Part shown: positions 48,956 through 57,214 of the stretch, in pieces
Position numbering within the stretch: the stretch's first letter is position 1
Layout of the letters: the number at the start of each line of letters is the position of its first letter
From: a virus
Virus record (IMG/VR): IMGVR_UViG_3300049048_000052
Location: 86,643-150,642 of that record
Length of the DNA: 64,000 nucleotides
Direction: 5' to 3' (one strand)
Made by a program: the position numbers and the translations under genes
The notes under the pieces: model-generated
Database searches by the model: none
Seen by the model: only the letters and a program-made list of their open reading frames with translations
Told to the model about the DNA's origin: nothing

Positions 48956-49513
48956 ATGACAAGTACAACGTCCTTAAGCCGCTTCCTAGAGTGGCTTAAG
49001 AGTCTGTTCTATAAGAAATCTAAGGGTGAAAAGAGCCATGTCAGGATTATTGAAGAAATTAAGAGTCCTATATCCAGGACTATTCGGATTAACAGGGATT
49101 ACCCAGGGGCAGTTGATACCTGGAAGTCCATACCAATGTATGAGTCAGCCTATGACTTTTATTGCCTCGTTGATAGAACGAAGCGGGAGGAAATGGGCCG
49201 AGATAACCTGTTCTTGCGAGCAGGCAATACCACTATACGAGTTAGAGCTGATCCAAGGAGTGGACTGGGAGGGGATATTAACTCTTCACATAGAATCACA
49301 ATCGTTGGAGTCTCAAGACTACCAATAGGTAAAGGTCAGTATCAAACTGAGGTCCTATATGTAGGCCTATTTAATCTAGTTAAGTCCTTCAATTCATATG
49401 ATAGTGTAGCTAAGGTCTTAGCTCATCGTATAGCTAAAAAGATGAGTGTTGTTATAGTTGATAATATGGATTGGTGTACATTTATAAATGATGAGAAGAA
49501 TAGGTTGATATAA
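48956..49513 (+). CDS. hypothetical protein
   Basis: 185-aa ORF overlapping the stop of 48675..48956. Confidence 0.45.
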   Translation: MTSTTSLSRFLEWLKSLFYKKSKGEKSHVRIIEEIKSPISRTIRINRDYPGAVDTWKSIPMYESAYDFYCLVDRTKREEMGRDNLFLRAGNTTIRVRADPRSGLGGDINSSHRITIVGVSRLPIGKGQYQTEVLYVGLFNLVKSFNSYDSVAKVLAHRIAKKMSVVIVDNMDWCTFINDEKNRLI

Positions 49514-49579
49514 TGATTCTCTATTAGTTACTTTAGGACCTCAGGGTGATTACCTTGGGGTCTTATCTTTAGGAGGGAT

Positions 49580-49724
49580 ATGTCTAGGAGTGATCCTTTA
49601 CCTGTTACTTGTCAGACCTGTAAGGGCCATGGTAAGTTGTTTGATAGGAGACCAGGTCGTGGGGATGGCAAGAAGTGCTATGAGTGTGATGGCAGTGGTT
49701 TCTCAGTGCAGTCTAATGATTAAA
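49580..49724 (+). CDS. small DnaJ-type zinc-finger protein
   Basis: 48 aa with two CxxCxGxG repeats (CQTCKGHG, CYECDGSG). Confidence 0.4.
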
Positions 49725-49740
49725 GGGTGTGATGTAAGTT

Positions 49741-49950
49741 ATGTCTAGAGGTGGTGGTTGGGCAGTCTGTCATGTATGTAATGGTACTGGCGTATTGCTA
49801 GATAGAGAGGACGAGGTCATCGACTGTAAGACCTGTAACAATAGCGGTTTAGAAGAAGTAGATAATGACTTTACTAAGGTTAAAGACCTATGGAAGTTAT
49901 TAGTAGGTCAAACACTAGTAGAGAGGATGAGTGCTAATGTCGGGGCCTAA
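49741..49950 (+). CDS. small DnaJ-type zinc-finger protein (second copy)
   Basis: CHVCNGTG and CKTCNNSG repeats. Confidence 0.45.
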   Translation: MSRGGGWAVCHVCNGTGVLLDREDEVIDCKTCNNSGLEEVDNDFTKVKDLWKLLVGQTLVERMSANVGA

Positions 49951-50196
49951 GGAGGAAAAGGATGATGCGGTTGTGTTGAGTATGGGGGATGTCACCTTTG
50001 TTCTCTTTAAGAATGCTAATGGAGAGGTAGTTGCCCTTCCAGTAGATGAGGATGATGAAGATGACATGCCCTTTGGGATTCAGATGCCCCAATGAACCTT
50101 GTAACGAATGGACCGACTGTGACTATAAGGATAGATTAATATATCTACCTGAGAAGCATGAGGACCCTAATGATTGGCAGGATGCCAGTTAAGCCT

Positions 50197-50276
50197 CCCC
50201 GCTACGTCCTAAGGTAGGACACCTGCCTTCTAAGCAGGCGCCTTGAGCATAACAGGTTCGATTCCTGTAGCGGGGG
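50197..50276 (+). tRNA. tRNA (anticodon UCU) with 13-nt variable arm
   Basis: Acceptor CCCCGCT/AGCGGGG 7/7, D-arm GTCC/TAAGGTA/GGAC, anticodon stem-loop CCTGC CTTCTAA GCAGG, variable arm CGCCTTGAGCATA, T-arm ACAGG/TTCGATT/CCTGT. Confidence 0.55.
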
Positions 50277-51301
50277 TTAATACATTTGGAGAAGAGTATG
50301 TCGGAAGTCTGGTTGGCTATAGGTATTACTATGTGGTTATGTGTAGGTATAGGAGCTATGTTCCTTAACCTCTTTAAGATTAGTATAAAAGAGTTTATGG
50401 GAGTGAAGACTGATGCGGTCCATCTTACGTTAATGTCTTTATCTATCATTGCTCTGGGCCCAATAGGTCTAGCCATTGTTATTTGGGGGTAATATGAAGG
50501 ATCCAAAACAGAATCCTGGTCAGGCCGCTGCTGCGGTCGCTATTGTTGTAGGCTTGATTGCAGGGGGCGCAGTTATAAGGGACGAGATCGTTAGGAACGT
50601 CAATACTCAGGAGCAAAAGCATGACCGATAAGAAAGAAGAGAAGGATACTGGTAAAGGTTCAAGTAATAAACCGATAACTAAGGAAAGCGATAAACCAAA
50701 CGGCGGATCACAATATATCGGCGGTATACCTGGCCTGGGGGATAAATGAAGTTAGTGTCTATTTGTCTAGGGTTCCTAGCAGTAGTTACGGGACTGTGTT
50801 TTATATCTATTCAATCCAACCTACCCTGCGATTCGTGGGTGATGGGGATGGCTATGACTTACCTATTATCATTGGGAGGTATATCCTTCCTCTTATACAC
50901 TGTTTGATTAATGAAGGGGCCTCAATTAAGGGGCCCATAAAAGGAGAAAGATGATTGGAACAATGTGGAGAAATAGAGTCAGTGGTATACCCCATTGGGT
51001 GGTAGGTCATATGATTATAAATCCTATAAGATTAGATACCCACACTAATACTCACGGTACGTGGATCATATTAGAACATAGGGCAAGTGGACCTAAGGAA
51101 CTATATGTTTCTGAGCATGAGCTATCTGAGCTCTATAATATGGAAGGCAATATATGATAATGGAATTCTGGATGCAGCCTGTTATACAGGAGTTTGCTAC
51201 TGTAATATTGCTTTCTATCGTGGCCCCTATATTGATATCATTGCTATTCTATTGGTTGTATAAGGATTAATTGATTGGTTACTTAGTAAGGAATCAATAT
51301 A

Positions 51302-51631
51302 ATGGCAGTTATCCAATTAGATAATGGTATTCACTTTGAGGGTACCAATGAGGCTGTGCTAATGGTTGCAGAGGCAGTTAAGCCAGTTAAGCCTTTAGCC
51401 ACTGACCTGAAGAAGCATGAGGATTATGTACACATGTCCCATGGCGGCCCTATTAAAGTCGGTGCTATGTCTAAGCAACATATGGCTAACCTTATAAAGA
51501 AGGACATAGAGACCTTGGTTAAGTTCTCTAGTCTTAGAGATCTGTGCGATATAGCAGAGCTATTAGGCGGACGTCTTGATAGAAGGGCTATAGAGTCTAT
51601 CATTAAGGTAGCTAGGGCTCGTAATTATTGA
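51302..51631 (+). CDS. hypothetical protein
   Basis: 109-aa ORF. Confidence 0.45.
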   Translation: MAVIQLDNGIHFEGTNEAVLMVAEAVKPVKPLATDLKKHEDYVHMSHGGPIKVGAMSKQHMANLIKKDIETLVKFSSLRDLCDIAELLGGRLDRRAIESIIKVARARNY

Positions 51632-51663
51632 TTGATATATATATATATAAATAGGAAGTACTT

Positions 51664-51969
51664 ATGAAGGTTACTGTAAAAGGTGTAACGATTGAGGGTA
51701 GTGAGGATCAAGTAGCGGCAGTCCTTAGGGCTATGGGTGAGGGAGATGGTGAGTTGTTCTATAACTCTACTAGCAAAGGTCTAATACTCATTGCTAGTAT
51801 GAATGCGGTTCACCTTAGGAATGCACTTATGGTTGAGTATGAGAAGTGGTTAGCCAGCCTAAAAGCTTTGGATGTTAACAAACTAATTGCTGCTATTGAG
51901 GAAGGTCCTACGGATAATAAAACTCTCATGGCCCTATACAAAGAACTAAAGGGTAGACCTGCTCATTAA
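51664..51969 (+). CDS. hypothetical protein
   Basis: 101-aa ORF. Confidence 0.45.
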   Translation: MKVTVKGVTIEGSEDQVAAVLRAMGEGDGELFYNSTSKGLILIASMNAVHLRNALMVEYEKWLASLKALDVNKLIAAIEEGPTDNKTLMALYKELKGRPAH

Positions 51970-52032
51970 TATTATATATTGACTGATTACTTAATAGGTG
52001 ACTAGGAGGCCAATGGCCCCTTTCTTATAACT

Positions 52033-52467
52033 ATGACTATTGAAATACAAGTACACAATAGAGAGACTATTGTTAAGGCAGTAACAGAGTTGCCCAAGGG
52101 CAACCGTACGATGGTTATCAGTATAACCAATGAGCAAGACTGGCCTCGACTACCTCCTGTGAAGCTAGAGGAGTACGTTATGCTCAGCTTCTATGATAAT
52201 GATGGGCCTGATAGTTGTACACCATGTATGACCAGGGGACAGGCTAAGAGAGTAGTATCTACCTTTATGGCATGTAAGGATAAGCTAACCCATCTGCTAA
52301 TCAATTGTGATGCTGGAATATCCCGAAGCGCAGGTATGGCAGAAGCTTTCTCGCTACTTGTGTATGGTAAGGACTATTACTATACATGTGATAGAATCCC
52401 CGCCCCTAATGCTTGGGTGAAGAGGCTGACATTGGAGGCCGGGGGTCTTGCTCATGGCTACCAGTGA
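52033..52467 (+). CDS. Cys-based CX5R phosphatase (PTP/DSP-like fold)
   Basis: LINCDAGISRSAG gives the HCxxGxxR(S/T)-type P-loop with the catalytic Cys. Confidence 0.5.
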   Translation: MTIEIQVHNRETIVKAVTELPKGNRTMVISITNEQDWPRLPPVKLEEYVMLSFYDNDGPDSCTPCMTRGQAKRVVSTFMACKDKLTHLLINCDAGISRSAGMAEAFSLLVYGKDYYYTCDRIPAPNAWVKRLTLEAGGLAHGYQ

Positions 52468-52729
52468 TGATAAGGAGAAGGCTGAGAGGCTTAAATATAG
52501 GAAGTCAGTCCTAGGACCTACTATTGTTAAGGCCCATGATGCTCTATCAACTATGAGTAAAGGGGAGAGAGCCGATCTAATAGAGGAGCTCAAGTTAGAC
52601 CCATCTATATTCGATGTTAAAAAAGCGCCTAAGAAAGAGAAGGATGCACTGACCATATGGGATTTCATATGGTTCAGTCTATGCCTTCTGTTTGGTATTA
52701 GGGTTGTCATAGTTCTTATGAGGTGAGGA

Positions 52730-53032
52730 ATGAATATCGCTTTGGCACTGACGCTGGTTAGTCAACCGGTATTATTAAGTCAGTTACCTAAATGTAATGA
52801 TGCAGCAGGTAGCTACTCCTATGTTTCTATTCCGGCTATTAAGAGGTCTCAAGCACAGTCAGATATGGCCCAGGCTCTTAGAGACTCAGGAGGTGGTAGT
52901 CAAGCTACCTGTATTGGCGGTGATAATAGTACTAAGACTATTGGGTTTGCTCTAAATAGTAATCATGCTTTTAGAGAACTACCCCGTAAATTAAGAGCTA
53001 TGGGATACTCACCTGGTATTCATTACCGGTAA
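52730..53032 (+). CDS. secreted small protein
   Basis: N-terminal signal peptide MNIALALTLVSQPVLLS. Confidence 0.4.
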   Translation: MNIALALTLVSQPVLLSQLPKCNDAAGSYSYVSIPAIKRSQAQSDMAQALRDSGGGSQATCIGGDNSTKTIGFALNSNHAFRELPRKLRAMGYSPGIHYR

Positions 53033-53040
53033 TTCCAACT

Positions 53041-53079
53041 TTATTGACTTTATTGATTGGTCCGCTTTTATTGATTGTG
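53041..53079 (+). promoter_or_regulatory. three copies of the TTATTGA(C/T)TG motif upstream of gene 53115
   Basis: TTATTGACTTTATTGATTGG ... TTTATTGATTGTG; the same decamer recurs at 4412, 15513, 18657, 18996, 22957, 32511, 44245, 51266, 53574 and 57175. Confidence 0.45.
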
Positions 53080-53114
53080 AAAACAAACACAAACAAAAAG
53101 GATCAATTTCTATC

Positions 53115-53564
53115 ATGGCTAACGTAATCACTGCACAAACCCCCATCCGTATCACCATTGCTACCCCCGGTCGTAATGGTAATATCAGTGGGGATATTGT
53201 ATCTCGTGTAGTAATGGCAAGCGTACTGGGCTTCCCCAAAGAGGGTTTGGAAGCCCCAGTATTCCCTCAACAAGAGGTAGCATCTATCAATGGTAATGAG
53301 AAGCTGACGGCCGCTGATAAGCAGTCCCGTGTTAACGCTATCATTCTTGAGTACACTGAAGCCCAGAATGCATTCCTGCATTCTGGTGGCGTCAATGCAT
53401 TGGATATGGTGCCCTCTGCTGTTGTGGATTATCTGGTAGCACATGAAGGCTTCTCTGCTAATGGTAGAGATGAAAAGCCTTATGTTCGTGCTACGGACTT
53501 GGTTGCTAACTTCGTTGAAGATGGCACCGCTGTCCAAGTTTATCCTAGCGCAACCTGGGGTTAA
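53115..53564 (+). CDS. hypothetical protein
   Basis: 149 aa; three copies of the TTATTGA(C/T)T motif within 75 nt upstream. Confidence 0.5.
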   Translation: MANVITAQTPIRITIATPGRNGNISGDIVSRVVMASVLGFPKEGLEAPVFPQQEVASINGNEKLTAADKQSRVNAIILEYTEAQNAFLHSGGVNALDMVPSAVVDYLVAHEGFSANGRDEKPYVRATDLVANFVEDGTAVQVYPSATWG

Positions 53565-53616
53565 TACCTAGGCATATTGATTTTATTGATTGTCCCTATT
53601 AGTTTGAATTAGGACA

Positions 53617-55104
53617 ATGGAAGTGGATAGAGTTAGTTACAGACAATACAGTCCTGCACTGAGAAGATTAAACCTCAGGGATGGTAAATACTATCTGGAC
53701 TATGGGTATGATGATATAGAAGTAAAGCTGCAGCCCTTATCTGAGTTAGGTAAGAAGCTACTGGGTGATAATACTTCTAGAGTTATAGATCGTAGATTAC
53801 TCAATAAGTATGACTTTGATGATGGGCACTGGAGGATCAACGGTAGATTCTGTAAGACTCCTGTGGTACCAGTCTATCTAGACTCGTTACTGAATAACTC
53901 TCACCCTCTAATGACCTTGGGTGATGATGTGGCAGGTATTGTAGAGCTAGGGGAGAAGCTCTTAGCTGACTTTCAGCCCCCTCAGATCAATAATGAGGGC
54001 TACACTAAGATACTTACTCAGGGTACACATGATAGATCAGGTCACTTCTACCCTCGTCTGACTCAGGTTACAATCAATGGCAAGGGGGGAATAGATGATA
54101 AGACTGAGGAACTCTACCGTCTTATCAGTAGTTACTTGGAGATCCTTGATGTCTCTGGAGTGGCAGTTAGGGATAGTGCTATCTACACATCCGTAGTCCA
54201 TCAGAAACTTAAGGAGGCTAAGGTCACCATAAGAAACGCTAGGGATGAGCATGCTGGAGGTGGTCGCCCTGATATCCTGTTTGCGGATACGCTAAGTGTT
54301 CCCAAGCTTACGGAGGAAGAGGCAGCAAAGCTAATCATGAACGCACGTAGAGAGAATAGGTTGAGAGGTTACATAACTGATAAACCTACACTCTCTGAGT
54401 TGGAAGATAACACTGAGATGCTAGCTAAGTTCCAGGAAGCTACTAAGTCTATTAAGGGCTTAGTTATTAGCTATCTCCGTAAGCGTGATCCCATTGTATT
54501 CACCGCAGGTAGTAACTTCGGGGTTTCACCTGAGGCTTGGAATATGGATCTTGAGGAGAAGGATAGAATGGGACCCCTAACCGCTATCATAGATCATGAG
54601 GGTAATATAGGTTGGGGTAGCCCTCATAAAGAGGGTAACCGTATGATCTCCAACAATGGTCCTATTGTTCACTATATGGGCCCTAGCTGGTGTGTTAGAT
54701 TCCATTATGTGAATGATGAGGGTGTTACCATCGATGTGCTTCAGGATAATGAGATATTCTGCGTCACAGGTCAGATGTATGCAGATGCTATTAGACCTTA
54801 CCGGCCAGACCTGCTAGAGTTATGGCAACCAGATCCTGAGGCTATCTACTTTGTATGTAGCTACTGGTGCCAAAGAAGTGGGGCCTTTGCTAAGCATAAC
54901 GGTATCCTGGACTTCTATAATGTCTTCCGTATGCGTTGGACATTGGCAGAATGGATTACATATTCTCTAGTGCCTAAGTGTGTAAACATGGGTATTAACA
55001 TACCTGGTTACAATGAGAAAGCCATGGTTGATGGACAGACTCAGTCCGCCAGACTTGCAGCTATCAAGGATTATCTAACTAAGGCTAATGCCCTTAAAAG
55101 TTAA
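53617..55104 (+). CDS. hypothetical protein (first gene of the E1-like operon)
   Basis: 495 aa; motif upstream; 12-nt gap to the next gene. Confidence 0.55.
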   Translation: MEVDRVSYRQYSPALRRLNLRDGKYYLDYGYDDIEVKLQPLSELGKKLLGDNTSRVIDRRLLNKYDFDDGHWRINGRFCKTPVVPVYLDSLLNNSHPLMTLGDDVAGIVELGEKLLADFQPPQINNEGYTKILTQGTHDRSGHFYPRLTQVTINGKGGIDDKTEELYRLISSYLEILDVSGVAVRDSAIYTSVVHQKLKEAKVTIRNARDEHAGGGRPDILFADTLSVPKLTEEEAAKLIMNARRENRLRGYITDKPTLSELEDNTEMLAKFQEATKSIKGLVISYLRKRDPIVFTAGSNFGVSPEAWNMDLEEKDRMGPLTAIIDHEGNIGWGSPHKEGNRMISNNGPIVHYMGPSWCVRFHYVNDEGVTIDVLQDNEIFCVTGQMYADAIRPYRPDLLELWQPDPEAIYFVCSYWCQRSGAFAKHNGILDFYNVFRMRWTLAEWITYSLVPKCVNMGINIPGYNEKAMVDGQTQSARLAAIKDYLTKANALKS

Positions 55105-55116
55105 CTAGGAAATAGA

Positions 55117-55821
55117 ATGAATCTAATATTAGTTGGGGCTGGGCAATTGGGCTCAGCCTTTATCTTGGAATTGCTTAAACGGATATCGGCTACAGGTTTC
55201 ACTGCTATCACTATACATATCTATGATGATGATATCGTAGAGGATAGGAATACCCATGTACAGTATTTCACCCCCAGGGATCGAGAGAAGCCCAAGGCTG
55301 TGGTTATGGCTGACCTGGCTGCAGAGTATGGTATAAAGGCCATCGCCCATGTTGAGCGCTTTGCCTTCCCAGATCTACAAGCTATGGAGAACGTGGTAGT
55401 GGTTGATGCTGTAGACAATGTCAGCACCAGGTATGCTCTGTGGAACTATGCGGTAACACAGAATGTACCCCTGATGACTATGGGTAATAGCCTGAAGGGT
55501 AATGGCTTTGTCACATGGACCTGTGCTGCCTTTGATCACAACACCTGGGGCCTAGGTGCAGGTAGCTACACTGCAATCATGAATGCAATCGAGAAAGAAA
55601 AGGAACCTGAAGAGAAGGTACCCCCTTGTGAACTAACTAAGTATAGAGGTCTAGCCCTTAATACTGCGTTGGCCGCATGTGAGGCATTCCTTATCTATTG
55701 GGGTCAGGATGTCATGATTAGAATAGACCCTGAGGTATATCAAGCTGGCTTCGTCACTGAGTGGCGTATCAAGCCCGAGGGTTATGAGTTGGTTCACATT
55801 AGTTATATGGAAGGTAAGTAG
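55117..55821 (+). CDS. ThiF/MoeB (E1-like) adenylyltransferase family protein
   Basis: LVGAGQLGSAF Rossmann GxGxxG followed by IHIYDDDIVEDRNTHVQYF (matches the ThiF D.D.Ve.sNl.RQ block); C-terminal GLALNTALAACEAFLIYWG resembles the ThiF C-terminal motif. Confidence 0.6.
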   Translation: MNLILVGAGQLGSAFILELLKRISATGFTAITIHIYDDDIVEDRNTHVQYFTPRDREKPKAVVMADLAAEYGIKAIAHVERFAFPDLQAMENVVVVDAVDNVSTRYALWNYAVTQNVPLMTMGNSLKGNGFVTWTCAAFDHNTWGLGAGSYTAIMNAIEKEKEPEEKVPPCELTKYRGLALNTALAACEAFLIYWGQDVMIRIDPEVYQAGFVTEWRIKPEGYELVHISYMEGK

Positions 55822-57156
55822 ATGGTTTATTATCAAGCAGCAGCAAGTCTAACTCCTAAACTCTATGTAGAGGTTGTAGGTGGTATCAATTGGCATATCA
55901 CATCAGCCACTCAGTACCTTATCAATATTGTTAAGGAGCATATGGATTGCTTCGAGGGTATTGCTGATGGGGTAAAGTATGTTAAGGCCTTGATCCCGCC
56001 AGAAAGAGCGGCCTACACATCATCAACACCACAGGTCCTTACTTGTGGTCTAGTGGCAACCTCAGCCTACATGAAACACAATCTGGGGATGGAAACAGAT
56101 AACCATGATGAGTACTGGTACAAGACTCATCCTCTATGTGTTGCATCTGGTTTACCTCAGCAACATACGCTGAGTGTTATCCATCATCTGGTCAACCCTT
56201 ATGGCCTGGGTATCTCTAAGGTATTCCATCGACGTGGAGTATCTATGAGCCCTGATGCTATTAAGTGGATGACTTATCTACCTCCTAATCCTATGGGCTA
56301 TGGTAATCGTACTACTAGCAATAAGGAATATGCGGAGCTATGTGGCTTTGATCCTAAAGTTGTAGAGTCGGAGTACTCTACGGAGTTCGTGGATAAGCCT
56401 AAGGGTCCTGTTATCCTGTTCAATGCAGTGGCAGCTACTACATCCTTTGCTAGTGGAGGGGGCCACGCTAGTTATGCAGGTCCTAGAGCTAAATTCCATA
56501 GTTGGGAGATGGCCATCCGACTTGATAGACTGGAGAGGATCAACTATGCAGTTGAACCTGAGATCGTTGAGGTTGAGCCTAAGCTAAATCAAGTCCTAGA
56601 TGTATGGAAGTGCTTGACCAAGGATGGTGCAACTCTTGAGAGCAAGAAGCCTCAGGGTACTACCTTTGTTGTGCCTCCTATGCAGAAGAGTCTATTGCCT
56701 CTATTACCCTCTAATAATAGTCTTATTATCAGTAAGGGAGAGTTTGAGGACTTCAAGAGATATAATCCTAACCGGATTACGGATGATGACTATAAGGAAG
56801 TATTGAAGCATCCTGTAAATAAGGAGAGGGTAGAAAGCTTCCTTAGTATGTTGATGAATGAAGTCGATAAACTAGGTGAGACATCTGACATTCTGGTGGC
56901 GGCGGGTGGTGTTAAACTAAAGGATCTATCTCAGAAGATAGGCGCTGTCCAATGTATCACAGACTTGAAGAATAAGTTATGTGCTATAGCCAAGGGTGTT
57001 ACTGAGCTTACCTTATCAGATATCATCTATTTCAACCGGCAGTTGGTCGAGGATAAGACCTATGATATTATCTGGGCACTTGGTGACGAGATGCTAGATA
57101 ACATGTTGGATGAATGGATTCTGAACCTGTATGGTGTTAACGACTATACTAAATGA
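55822..57156 (+). CDS. hypothetical protein (third gene of the E1-like operon)
   Basis: 444 aa; its ATG immediately follows the E1-like stop. Confidence 0.55.
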   Translation: MVYYQAAASLTPKLYVEVVGGINWHITSATQYLINIVKEHMDCFEGIADGVKYVKALIPPERAAYTSSTPQVLTCGLVATSAYMKHNLGMETDNHDEYWYKTHPLCVASGLPQQHTLSVIHHLVNPYGLGISKVFHRRGVSMSPDAIKWMTYLPPNPMGYGNRTTSNKEYAELCGFDPKVVESEYSTEFVDKPKGPVILFNAVAATTSFASGGGHASYAGPRAKFHSWEMAIRLDRLERINYAVEPEIVEVEPKLNQVLDVWKCLTKDGATLESKKPQGTTFVVPPMQKSLLPLLPSNNSLIISKGEFEDFKRYNPNRITDDDYKEVLKHPVNKERVESFLSMLMNEVDKLGETSDILVAAGGVKLKDLSQKIGAVQCITDLKNKLCAIAKGVTELTLSDIIYFNRQLVEDKTYDIIWALGDEMLDNMLDEWILNLYGVNDYTK

Positions 57157-57214
57157 GTACTTTTAGTACTCTAACTATTGATTGAATTGATTTACTCTTT
57201 ATTATTGGTCCAGT

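Noticed and set aside
50189-50506. Minus-strand ORF 50189..50506
   Set aside because: It overlaps a well-formed plus-strand tRNA (50197..50276) and the plausible small membrane-protein ORF 50286..50492.
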